A DNA stretch of 64,000 nucleotides from Prochlorococcus sp. AG-459-D04 (GCA_003212035.1 QCRA01000002.1:10032-74031), one strand, 5' to 3'; positions 31,894 to 40,696 are shown, numbered from the stretch's first letter. A program made the numbers and translations. Notes: a model not told the origin generated them from the letters alone.

Positions 31894-32079
31894 ATTAGTT
31901 TCTCTATATTAAAGTAATATTACACTCTCCAGAAGCTTAAAATTAAAGTGAAACCGACCAAAGTTTTTCTAATACTAAATTCTAAAATTTAATTTAAATC
32001 AGAATCCTAAAGATTATGAACCCCTCTTCTCTTTATTATTAATGATGTTTTATATTAAAAAAATTATAAATAATATCTA

Positions 32080-32691
32080 ATGCAGCCTCATAGCCTAAAG
32101 CTATCTCCTGAATCTGATTTAATAAAATCAATCAAAGAATATTCTTTCGCAAATAATTTATACGGTTATGTTTCGGGCGTGGTGGGCAATCTTAAAACAG
32201 TATGTATTCAATGCCCAGGAAATCAAGTGATAAATAAATTCGAAGGAAATCTAGAGATAGTATCTCTTAATGGTCATTTTAATAAAGGGGATGTTCATCT
32301 TCATTTGAGTTTCGCAGATGAGGGATGTAATGTCTTTGGGGGACACCTTGAGGAGGGATGCATTGTAAAAAAAGGTACTGACATATTTTTAATTTCTTTT
32401 GAACAAAAAATTATCAACATCTCAAATCAGGATTTAATCACAAATGAATCACGTGTAAAAGTCTATATTTTAAAGGATTGTCCTTGGTCTAAAAGAGCAA
32501 TAAGATTGCTAAATTCTTTATCTATCCCTCACGAAGTTATTTTAATAGACAATGATGAAAGCTTCGAAAAAATAATGACCAAAAGTAGCCATAATACTTT
32601 TCCTCAAATACTTTTGGATAATAAATTTTTTGGAGGTTATGATGAACTTTCAGAACAAGCAAAATTGGATAAATTAAGTTCATTTAAGTAG
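32080..32691 (+). CDS. DUF296/PPC domain fused to a glutaredoxin-like domain
   Basis: LEIVSLNG, HLHLS, VFGGHL followed by CPWS, TFPQI, FFGGYD. Confidence 0.85.
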   Translation: MQPHSLKLSPESDLIKSIKEYSFANNLYGYVSGVVGNLKTVCIQCPGNQVINKFEGNLEIVSLNGHFNKGDVHLHLSFADEGCNVFGGHLEEGCIVKKGTDIFLISFEQKIINISNQDLITNESRVKVYILKDCPWSKRAIRLLNSLSIPHEVILIDNDESFEKIMTKSSHNTFPQILLDNKFFGGYDELSEQAKLDKLSSFK

Positions 32692-32701
32692 TTTAAATTT
32701 T

Positions 32702-32890
32702 TTAACTATCGCTATTTGTAAGCTTTTCAGACACTAATTCGTCCTCTAACTGCTTTATTAACCTTGACACAAGACTTTGAAATTCTGGTTGACAGCCTTT
32801 GAATGCAGCTTTATGTCTTATTGGTTCATTTCTAGTTCTTAAATCAGTAAGCATTAATTGTAATGCGTCAATTTTAGGGTTTATTTTCAT
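32702..32890 (-). CDS. conserved hypothetical protein
   Basis: 62-aa ORF with ATG, downstream of the SDR gene on the same strand. Confidence 0.7.
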   Translation of the reverse strand: MKINPKIDALQLMLTDLRTRNEPIRHKAAFKGCQPEFQSLVSRLIKQLEDELVSEKLTNSDS

Positions 32891-32916
32891 AGTTTTATTT
32901 TATATATTTACATCTT

Positions 32917-33576
32917 TTAAATCATTTGCATAGCTTTTTTAAAAGATATTTTTTTATTATCATTTGAACTAGTTACTTCTATTAATTTGTTAATTGAATC
33001 TTTGTTTTTCAAAGAATTTATACAACATTGAGCTACTAATCTTCTTGGGATTGATCCATTATATTGAGTATCCTCCTTTGAATAATTTATATTTTCAAAT
33101 TTAATATCTTCATTTTCCTTTAATCCTCCAGGTCTAATAATAGTCCATTCGAAATTTGAATTTCGTAGAAAGTTTTCACCTATTTTCTTCCAAATAAGAA
33201 TTAAACCAAACAAGTTTAATGGATGAAATAATTTACCAGTACAAAGAGAACTTACTAAAATAACTCTCTTAATGCCAATCCTTTTGCAACTCTCCAATTG
33301 CCTATATACACCCAATGCATCAACTTTTGCAGGACCAGTTAAATCTAATGATGCTCTCGCACCAGTAGCAATTACCAAAGCATCAATATCTTTGAAGGCT
33401 TTATCAAGTTCTTTTTTATTATCTAATGAAACTCTAATTGTTTCTAAATTCTCTAGTCCTTTAGAAACTTTCGAATTCTTTCTAATAATTTGCCTAACTT
33501 TATATCCTTTTTTAACTGCCTCTTCAGTAATTCTATAACCTGTTTTCCCAGATGCACCAGTAATTGCTAATTTCAT
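32917..33576 (-). CDS. NAD(P)-binding atypical SDR/NmrA-like protein
   Basis: GASGKTG, LVSS, WTIIRPGGL. Confidence 0.88.
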   Translation of the reverse strand: MKLAITGASGKTGYRITEEAVKKGYKVRQIIRKNSKVSKGLENLETIRVSLDNKKELDKAFKDIDALVIATGARASLDLTGPAKVDALGVYRQLESCKRIGIKRVILVSSLCTGKLFHPLNLFGLILIWKKIGENFLRNSNFEWTIIRPGGLKENEDIKFENINYSKEDTQYNGSIPRRLVAQCCINSLKNKDSINKLIEVTSSNDNKKISFKKAMQMI

Positions 33577-33611
33577 GATTTAAAAACTAATTAAATCATT
33601 ATATTAATTTC

Positions 33612-34265
33612 TTAGGGTTTTTTACATATAAATTTCTTTTTTCTTTTTGGGTAAAGAGTACGACATAAATAACATTTTGTTCCATCACAGCCTCTTGCGG
33701 TGCAGTATTCTCTGCCATAAAAGATTATTTGCAAATGTAGAGTATTCCAATCATTAACGGGAAATATTTTTTTTAGATCTTTTTCTGTTTGTACTACACT
33801 ATCTCCATTTGATAGTCCCCATCTTTGTGACAACCTATGTATGTGAGTATCGACTGGGAATGAGGGAATTTTAAACACCTGAGACATTACAACTGATGCT
33901 GTTTTATGGCCTACCCCTGGAAGAGATTCAAGCTTCTCAAAAGAATCTGGAACTATACCATTATGCTTCTCAATCAATAGTTTAGATAAGTTAAAGATGT
34001 TCTTAGATTTTTGATTAGATAGACCTAAAAATTTTATGTATTCGTAAATGCCATTAATACCTAGCTGCATCATCTTTTCTGGATCATCTGCAACTTTAAA
34101 TAAGCTTTTGGTTAATTCATTAACTTTCTTATCTGTTGATTGAGCACTTAAAACTACGGCGACCAGAAGTGTATATGCATTTGTATGATCAAGGGGTATT
34201 GGAGGAGATGGATATAGCTTTTTGAGCTCCTTGCGTATTATTTCTGCTCTTTCAGACTTTCTCAT
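33612..34265 (-). CDS. nth: endonuclease III
   Basis: LSAQSTD, HhH LPGVGHKTA, VDTH, C-terminal Cys cluster. Confidence 0.93.
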   Translation of the reverse strand: MRKSERAEIIRKELKKLYPSPPIPLDHTNAYTLLVAVVLSAQSTDKKVNELTKSLFKVADDPEKMMQLGINGIYEYIKFLGLSNQKSKNIFNLSKLLIEKHNGIVPDSFEKLESLPGVGHKTASVVMSQVFKIPSFPVDTHIHRLSQRWGLSNGDSVVQTEKDLKKIFPVNDWNTLHLQIIFYGREYCTARGCDGTKCYLCRTLYPKRKKKFICKKP

Positions 34266-34285
34266 TGAAATTCAAAATTAAATCG

Positions 34286-34301
34286 TGTATAAAATTATAC
34301 A
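34286..34301. promoter_or_regulatory. canonical NtcA-type palindrome between divergent nth and futC
   Basis: TGTA-TAAAATTA-TACA. Confidence 0.5.
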
Positions 34302-34360
34302 GGGGGTATTGAAGGTGAATATTTTCTGCTAACTTAATATATTTAAATAAGAAGAATTCA

Positions 34361-35419
34361 GTGAAAAATGATGCGTTAATAATTGATGATCTGCATCATA
34401 AATATGATAAGCGAGAATGTTCAAATTGGATATTAAACGAAATTAACCTGAAAATTGAAAATGGTGAATTATTAGGTTTGCTTGGCCCTTCTGGTTGCGG
34501 AAAAACGACTCTTTTAAGATTAATTGCGGGGTTCGAATACCCCTCTAAAGGGAGGATTTCTTTAAATGATAAGGAAATTTCAAGTAGGAAAAAAATTCTT
34601 AGTCCTGAGAAAAGAAATATTGGTATGGTTTTTCAAGACTATGCACTTTTCCCGCACTTAACTGTTTTGGAAAATGTAATGTTTGGTTTGAAAAATAAAA
34701 AAGACAGATCTAGAGTTGATTATTTATTAAATGTTGTTGGTCTTGATAGTTTTGTTGGAAGGTACCCACATGAATTGTCTGGAGGCCAAAAACAAAGACT
34801 TGCAATTGCGAGAGCTCTTGCTCCAGGTACAAATTTTATTTTATTAGATGAACCTTTTTGTAGTCTTGATATGCATGTCAAACTTAAATTGAGAAGCGAA
34901 CTCCCTAATATTCTAAAAGGGTGTAATGCAAGCGGATTGATGGTTACTCATGATCCGGAAGAAGCAATGTCAATTTGCGATAAAGTCGCCGTTATGAATG
35001 AGGGGAAAATACATCAAATTGATACACCAATTAACCTTCTAAATAATCCCAAGACAATATTCGTTAGTAGTTTTATTTTGGGCAATAATATTATAAATCT
35101 CAAAAAAAGTGGTAATTCATATATTTCTTGTTTAGGTGAAATAAATATTTCAGAGTATTTGAAAAATACAACTATAAAAAGTATGTCAATTTCTCCTAAA
35201 TTTATTTCGATTAAAAGATCAGAATCTGGTGATGCGATTGTTATTTCTAAAGAATTTCATGGAGAATTTCTTATATATAAAGTAATTATTAATGGAAACA
35301 TATTAAGGGTAAGAACTGATATTAATAATCTCCTTAATAATGGTGAAAAATGTTCTCTTTCCATTAATAAAAATAGTTTTTATTTTTTATATCCTGGATC
35401 ATATAAGGAATATTATTAG
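34361..35419 (+). CDS. futC: Fe3+ ABC transporter ATP-binding protein
   Basis: GPSGCGKTT, VFQDYALFPHL, LSGGQ, LLDEPF; next to ferritin. Confidence 0.8.
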   Translation: MKNDALIIDDLHHKYDKRECSNWILNEINLKIENGELLGLLGPSGCGKTTLLRLIAGFEYPSKGRISLNDKEISSRKKILSPEKRNIGMVFQDYALFPHLTVLENVMFGLKNKKDRSRVDYLLNVVGLDSFVGRYPHELSGGQKQRLAIARALAPGTNFILLDEPFCSLDMHVKLKLRSELPNILKGCNASGLMVTHDPEEAMSICDKVAVMNEGKIHQIDTPINLLNNPKTIFVSSFILGNNIINLKKSGNSYISCLGEINISEYLKNTTIKSMSISPKFISIKRSESGDAIVISKEFHGEFLIYKVIINGNILRVRTDINNLLNNGEKCSLSINKNSFYFLYPGSYKEYY

Positions 35420-35426
35420 ACTTTTT

Positions 35427-35549
35427 TTATAGGCAATTACACTTCCCCCCTTTCCAATTAGAGCATTTTTTCTTTTTACATTTCTTTTTTTTACTTTTAT
35501 ATATTTTATTAGTTAATATCAGTTCAGAAAAACTGTACTCCAAATTCAT
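35427..35549 (-). CDS. 40-aa Cys/Lys-rich microprotein (not in ORF track)
   Basis: manual translation MNLEYSFSELILTNKIYKSKKKKCKKKKCSNWKGGKCNCL; Fur-like box 10 nt upstream of the ATG. Confidence 0.6.
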   Translation of the reverse strand: MNLEYSFSELILTNKIYKSKKKKCKKKKCSNWKGGKCNCL

Positions 35550-35559
35550 TTACAGTATT

Positions 35560-35578
35560 GCGAGTGATTTTCATTATC
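35560..35578. promoter_or_regulatory. Fur-box-like site
   Basis: GCGAGTGATTTTCATTATC, 15/19 match to the Fur consensus. Confidence 0.6.
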
Positions 35579-35662
35579 ATATTATTTAATTTAATTTATA
35601 GGATTAATTAATTACTTATTTATACAAAATGTTGTATTATTTATGTAGTTTCTTATTGAGCA

Positions 35663-36217
35663 ATGAAAGAAAATAATCTACAGGTAAAGAAATTAATTAA
35701 TTTTGGTCCATCTGGAAGAGCTGTCGCACAACCAATTGAAAAAAGTTTATTAGATAATATTTTTGAACATTTAACAATGGAAAGATATGCCAATGTTCAA
35801 TATTTTTCTATATACCTCTGGTTTCAAGAACGTGATTTAAATGGATTTGCGTCTTATTTTCTAAGTGAATCACAAGGTGAAATGGAACATGCCCAGAAAT
35901 TTGCAGATTACTTAATCGCAAGAGGACAAAGCGTAAAATTAGATGAAATTCCTGCACCAGTTCAAACATGGGATTCAATAGAGGATTTGATTTCTTATTC
36001 TTTCAACATGGAGGCTGATTTAACTTCATCTCTGCAACAACTTTATTCTATTTCAGAAAGAATTTCAGATACAAGAACCAACGTATTTTTAGATCCAATC
36101 ATTGAGGCTCAAACAAAATCAGAAGATGAATTCGCAAACATACTTGGCAAAGTAAAATTTGCGTCTAATCAACCTTCTGCAATCTTATTGATAGATAGTG
36201 ATTTAAATAAAAAATAG
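35663..36217 (+). CDS. ftn: non-heme ferritin
   Basis: ferroxidase-centre residues in MERYANVQY, GEMEHA, ME, EAQ..SE. Confidence 0.92.
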   Translation: MKENNLQVKKLINFGPSGRAVAQPIEKSLLDNIFEHLTMERYANVQYFSIYLWFQERDLNGFASYFLSESQGEMEHAQKFADYLIARGQSVKLDEIPAPVQTWDSIEDLISYSFNMEADLTSSLQQLYSISERISDTRTNVFLDPIIEAQTKSEDEFANILGKVKFASNQPSAILLIDSDLNKK

Positions 36218-36493
36218 ATTACTTTCAAATTTATTTTCATTTAATGTTCTTTTTGTTATCTCAACAAGTAAATTAGAAAAGTTAATTTTCTCAGTATTAT
36301 TTTTATTTAATAGCTCAGCTATTTTATTAATCTCTTTAACTCTTTTAAAAATATTTTTGTTTTCAGAAAATAACCTTCCCTTCAATGCTTTATTTTCTGT
36401 GGTTTTGTAGGATTGCTTGATATTTCTGAGTCTATTCGATAAAATATCAACTTCCATTAACAAGTTGTTTGTGAGTGATTGTGATTCCTTCAT
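36203..36493 (-). CDS. hypothetical helical protein, probably co-transcribed with the CRP regulator
   Basis: ATG at 36493, 4 nt after the regulator stop (the ORF-track start at 36553 overlaps the regulator). Confidence 0.65.
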   Translation of the reverse strand: MKESQSLTNNLLMEVDILSNRLRNIKQSYKTTENKALKGRLFSENKNIFKRVKEINKIAELLNKNNTEKINFSNLLVEITKRTLNENKFESNLFFI

Positions 36494-36497
36494 ATTT

Positions 36498-37085
36498 TTA
36501 TAGCGGCGATGTTTCAATAAAAGAGGGAGCAACGCTGACTGTTTGAGTTCCAATAGGAGCTATTAATAACTCAGATGATCTTAATTTAGAAATTAATCTC
36601 GTTGATGTTACTCGTGTCGAACCGATTAATTCTCCAATCCGTTCGTGAGTTAACCTAAAAGGTAGCTCACACCATTGACCACATCTTCTACCTAGACGAT
36701 TTACTAGTATTGAAAACAATGCTTGTAATCGTTGTTCTGCATTTCCTAAGTGTCTAATCCTAAGGAGTTGCAAAGTCCATTCATTTACTGCATCGAAACC
36801 AATATTCTCATCAATATTTACATTGCTGTGAAACGACAAATCTGTTAATGCTTCAACGCAGACACCTTCGCTACATAAAAGGTCCGTTCTTAATTGATCT
36901 CCTGACTGTAAAAATGCGAGTGTCATTCCTTCAGTTTCTTCACAAGGACAAAAAACTCTTGCAATGCCACTTACAACTTCTAGGCATGTCCCTTTTGGTC
37001 TTGATGAAGGATCTATTAGTACTGATTGACCAGTTATTATCCTTACTGATTTTGACGGGGCTTCTCCATAACTATGGAAATTCAT
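36498..37085 (-). CDS. CRP/FNR family transcriptional regulator (Cys-rich, IdiB-like)
   Basis: HTH LTHERIGELIGSTRVTSTRLI; 7 Cys. Confidence 0.9.
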   Translation of the reverse strand: MNFHSYGEAPSKSVRIITGQSVLIDPSSRPKGTCLEVVSGIARVFCPCEETEGMTLAFLQSGDQLRTDLLCSEGVCVEALTDLSFHSNVNIDENIGFDAVNEWTLQLLRIRHLGNAEQRLQALFSILVNRLGRRCGQWCELPFRLTHERIGELIGSTRVTSTRLISKLRSSELLIAPIGTQTVSVAPSFIETSPL

Positions 37086-37097
37086 TTATTTAATTAT

Positions 37098-37116
37098 GAT
37101 AATGAGAATTATTATC
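37098..37116. promoter_or_regulatory. Fur box
   Basis: GATAATGAGAATTATTATC, 17/19 match to GATAATGATAATCATTATC. Confidence 0.75.
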
Positions 37117-37142
37117 AATTATGCACTAAAAAATTACTTATT

Positions 37143-37161
37143 GCAATAGATTCTCATTATC
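37143..37161. promoter_or_regulatory. second Fur-box-like site
   Basis: GCAATAGATTCTCATTATC, 14/19; the surrounding 24-mer is 20/24 identical to 35557-35580. Confidence 0.6.
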
Positions 37162-37238
37162 ATAGCATTTTTGAAGTTTTTCTTTACATAGTATTTAGGA
37201 ATATAATTTAGATAGAATTGCTAAATACTTTATTTTAG

Positions 37239-37427
37239 ATGAGCGTAAATAGAGTTTGTTTTAATTGTGGAAGTTCTTCATTCGTCTCAGATCGATCTTT
37301 AGGAGGTAAGATTGTTTGCTCTAGATGTGGATCTTCTTCATTTAAATATAAATCCGCTTCATTTTTAAAAAATAAAAAATTAGTATTTTTTGCTATCGCG
37401 ATAATTATTTTAATAATTGTTATTTAG
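37239..37427 (+). CDS. small metal-ribbon protein with C-terminal TM anchor
   Basis: CFNCGSSSF and CSRCGSSSF, hydrophobic tail. Confidence 0.75.
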   Translation: MSVNRVCFNCGSSSFVSDRSLGGKIVCSRCGSSSFKYKSASFLKNKKLVFFAIAIIILIIVI

Positions 37428-38208
37428 ATAATCTGTTTATATTCCAAAGTCCATTACTTTTAGTTACCTCTAATTGAATACCATATAACTTATTAAGATT
37501 TTCATTATTTATAACCTTATTTTGATCTCCATCAGCGATTATCTTGCCATCTTTTAGCATTATGACTCGGTCATAAACTTTTGTAATCATTGAAATATCA
37601 TGAGTGACGCATAAAATTTTGGTATTTAATTTTGATAATGCATTAATCTTATCAACTACAAAAAACTTTGATTTATAATCTAAATTTGCGATTGGTTCAT
37701 CTAGGATTAAGATTTTTGGTTTTTTGATTAATGCCCTTGCAATAAGAGATATTTGTTTTTCTCCATCTGATAAATAGGAAAAATTCTTTTTAGATAATTT
37801 AGATATATTCATTTTCTTCATAATTTTTTCCACCTTATAAGAATCTCTCTCAGATTTATTTTGCACGTAACAATATCTTCCATATAGTCCGCTTAAAATT
37901 AAATCAAAAACTTTTAAATTTGGACTTATTCTATTTTTTATATCAGTATTTACGGTACTTATATTTTTTCTTAGTTCCCATAAATTTATAAATTCTTTTT
38001 CAAATATCTTCAGTTTCGATTCATTAGCTACTACTGGGTATATGTTTCTATTAATTATTTCAATTAAGGATGATTTACCTGAACCATTTGGTCCAATTAA
38101 TATTACATTCTCTGAATAAGCTATCTTTAAATTTAAATCCTTAATTACTCTATAGCCATTTTTAAAACAATTTATATTTTTTGCGTTGAACCAAAATTTA
38201 TTAAACAC
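37420..38208 (-). CDS. ABC ATP-binding protein (orphan)
   Basis: GPNGSGKS, LSDGE signature variant, ILDEP, VTHD. Confidence 0.88.
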   Translation of the reverse strand: MFNKFWFNAKNINCFKNGYRVIKDLNLKIAYSENVILIGPNGSGKSSLIEIINRNIYPVVANESKLKIFEKEFINLWELRKNISTVNTDIKNRISPNLKVFDLILSGLYGRYCYVQNKSERDSYKVEKIMKKMNISKLSKKNFSYLSDGEKQISLIARALIKKPKILILDEPIANLDYKSKFFVVDKINALSKLNTKILCVTHDISMITKVYDRVIMLKDGKIIADGDQNKVINNENLNKLYGIQLEVTKSNGLWNINRLSK

Positions 38209-38312
38209 TAAAACTTATTACTCCAAAAAATAATCAATTGAATTGAGCTTAAAATAAATATAAAAAGATAAAGCCAATTTAACCATGAAGGTCTATTCAC
38301 TTTCTTCATGAA

Positions 38313-39635
38313 TTATATTATGAATATAAAAAATATAAGCGGAGCAGCAAATCTAACAAATGTTTTTCTAATAATATCTATATTATTTGCAATTTCTAAC
38401 TTCTTTATCTCAGGAGGATATTTAAATATCACTTTGTCATATACATCAAGATTTTGGGTTTTGTTAATATTTTTCCATGGTTCATCTTTATCTTCAGACT
38501 TCTTGTACCATTTCCAAAAATAATTTATTATTCTGTCTTCTCCCAGTAATTTTATTTCATCCTTATTTATAAATCCCATATCGTGATTATATGTTTGTGT
38601 TTTTAAAATCATATAATCCTCATCGAATATCTTGTAAAAAATCTTTCTTTGAGTCTCTTTGAATAATAATAGGTTATTAAGTAGTTTATTTTGTAGAAAT
38701 TTCCTGTAGTGTCTCACTATTACTCTTGCTTTGTTGTTCCCTAGGGGAATATGATCTAAAACTTGTAAATATCTAGCTTCAGAGGGATCGCCTTTATAAA
38801 TTAATATCCTTCCAGGAGGTATGTATTTTATCCGGATAAATTCTTTTGTAGGATCATTCTTGTAATAATAAATACTTTCAATGTATTTGGGATTAATGTT
38901 AATTTTTTGGTTAAAACTAACAAGTACGTTTTTATTAACATCTTTATCAGGGATTGTATCGCCATGAACCCAAAAGATATGAAGGATATCTAGGTGATTT
39001 TCAATAATCCTTGACCAATCACATTTGAAGTCAACTAATACCTCTTCAAAAACATAATCCTTATGTGAAAACCCATTTTCATATAATTCGTAGTTACTTA
39101 CAGGAGTATCTTCAATTATATTATTTAAATCAGTCTCAGATTTTTTAGAAAAATGTACAAAAATATATCCATTTTTTTCTGAAGTTTTGTATTGAGATAA
39201 ATGAATTCTTTTGGCGTAGTTATCGTAGTTATTATCAACTATATGGCGACATGTTATTCGGTCGAGATTTTGGCAACTTCCCCCAGATGAAAACTTAGCT
39301 CCATGGTATGGGCAGGTTATTAGTCCATCTGATAATGTCCCTCCAAAAAAGGAGGCCCCTCTATGTGGACAAATATTTTTAATACATCTAACGTTTTTAT
39401 TTTCATCTCTATAAAGAACAAGAGGCTCATCATAGAGTGAAAAATAATATAGCTTATTTTTTTTTAGATCTTTAGAGGGACAAATCGCATACCAACCAAA
39501 TAAACCTACATTTAATTCTTTTTGATTTTCTCTAATTTCAAACGTGTCGATTTTTACTACCGTTCCTTTTTTAAATGGCTTAAGAACGGTATTAAAGTCT
39601 TTTGATTTAAAAAAATTAATTTGTCTGTTTTCCAT
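38313..39635 (-). CDS. Rieske non-heme iron oxygenase family protein
   Basis: CPHRG...CPYHG, ENHLDILHIFWVH, later FDED, C-terminal hydrophobic tail. Confidence 0.88.
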   Translation of the reverse strand: MENRQINFFKSKDFNTVLKPFKKGTVVKIDTFEIRENQKELNVGLFGWYAICPSKDLKKNKLYYFSLYDEPLVLYRDENKNVRCIKNICPHRGASFFGGTLSDGLITCPYHGAKFSSGGSCQNLDRITCRHIVDNNYDNYAKRIHLSQYKTSEKNGYIFVHFSKKSETDLNNIIEDTPVSNYELYENGFSHKDYVFEEVLVDFKCDWSRIIENHLDILHIFWVHGDTIPDKDVNKNVLVSFNQKININPKYIESIYYYKNDPTKEFIRIKYIPPGRILIYKGDPSEARYLQVLDHIPLGNNKARVIVRHYRKFLQNKLLNNLLLFKETQRKIFYKIFDEDYMILKTQTYNHDMGFINKDEIKLLGEDRIINYFWKWYKKSEDKDEPWKNINKTQNLDVYDKVIFKYPPEIKKLEIANNIDIIRKTFVRFAAPLIFFIFII

Positions 39636-39794
39636 AAATTAATTTCTTTTTTTAAATGACTGTTTATCTTTCGGAACTATAACTCAAGTAAATAATCAAT
39701 TTCTTATAAAAAGAAAATTCTCTATTACTTTGTAGCAATAATTATGTAGTTATTGAAAAATATTGAGTCTCTGTCGTTTCTAAGTATCTTTATT

Positions 39795-39989
39795 TCATGT
39801 TTTTTGTATCTTTTGTGATTCTTTCAAATTTTTTATGTAATCAATAGCTTCATCAATATTTTTGTGGAAATTACATTGACCCAAATAACAACCTATAAAT
39901 CTTAAAAATTTTCTCTTGCCACCACTAATTTCATATCTATGTATTGTTCCGCCATCTAAAGGAGCATAAATAAGTTCAGGTAGTGCCAT
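39795..39989 (-). CDS. hypothetical protein
   Basis: 64-aa ORF with ATG and globular-like composition. Confidence 0.65.
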   Translation of the reverse strand: MALPELIYAPLDGGTIHRYEISGGKRKFLRFIGCYLGQCNFHKNIDEAIDYIKNLKESQKIQKT

Positions 39990-40354
39990 ATTGATTTTGT
40001 ATTTGATACTTAATTAAACAATAATTCATGTTCAAATACATTTCCATAGCCAATCCATATATTTAATAATTAATTTACTTATTTTTGGATAATTATTTAT
40101 TGAATACTCATGTATTATTTGTTATCAATTAATTATTGATATGGATTTTTTATTATGCCAAAAGCATTTAGGCGTTTTTTAAAAAAACTACCAAAAAAAA
40201 TTCAAACTATAAAATACTCATTTAGAGAGTTTTTATCTTCCAAAATATGAAATAGCTTTTGTATTTAACAAATTTTAAATTTTTATATTTTTAATAAAAC
40301 ATAGTCCGCAGAGCTAAATTTAATTTATATTAAACTTGCAATTTATGAAATATT

Positions 40355-40696
40355 ATGTTCAAAAGAGTTTTTACGATATTCACTTTAACTTTGCTTCTTC
40401 TTGTTAGTAGCCCAGTTTACTCATTGGATACTTCTTCTAGAACTCTTGAAAAGTATACAAAAAAAATTTCTAATAAGTTCACAAGAACTTACTGCAACAC
40501 TTCCAAATTCGGTATTTCTTATGAGGGAGCTTTGGCATTCGCTATTGGAGAGACTAATAAGGAATTTAAAAATAATAAACTTAATAAGTTGATAGATTAT
40601 TCTGTTCTAAAAAATTCAATAGTAAATGATTTAGAAAATAATTGTCAGGTTTATGATTTTGCTATAAGTAATTTAGAAAATTTAAAATTTAACTAG
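40355..40696 (+). CDS. exported hypothetical protein
   Basis: signal peptide, two Cys. Confidence 0.7.
   Translation: MFKRVFTIFTLTLLLLVSSPVYSLDTSSRTLEKYTKKISNKFTRTYCNTSKFGISYEGALAFAIGETNKEFKNNKLNKLIDYSVLKNSIVNDLENNCQVYDFAISNLENLKFN

Noticed and set aside
39732-39745. GTA-N8-TAT upstream of the Rieske gene
   Set aside because: One half-site is mismatched and there is no proper TAN3T at the expected distance; likely chance.
39998-40040. 9-bp inverted repeat TGTATTTGA...TCAAATACA with a 25-nt spacer
   Set aside because: AT-rich with a long loop; cannot be distinguished from chance without conservation data.
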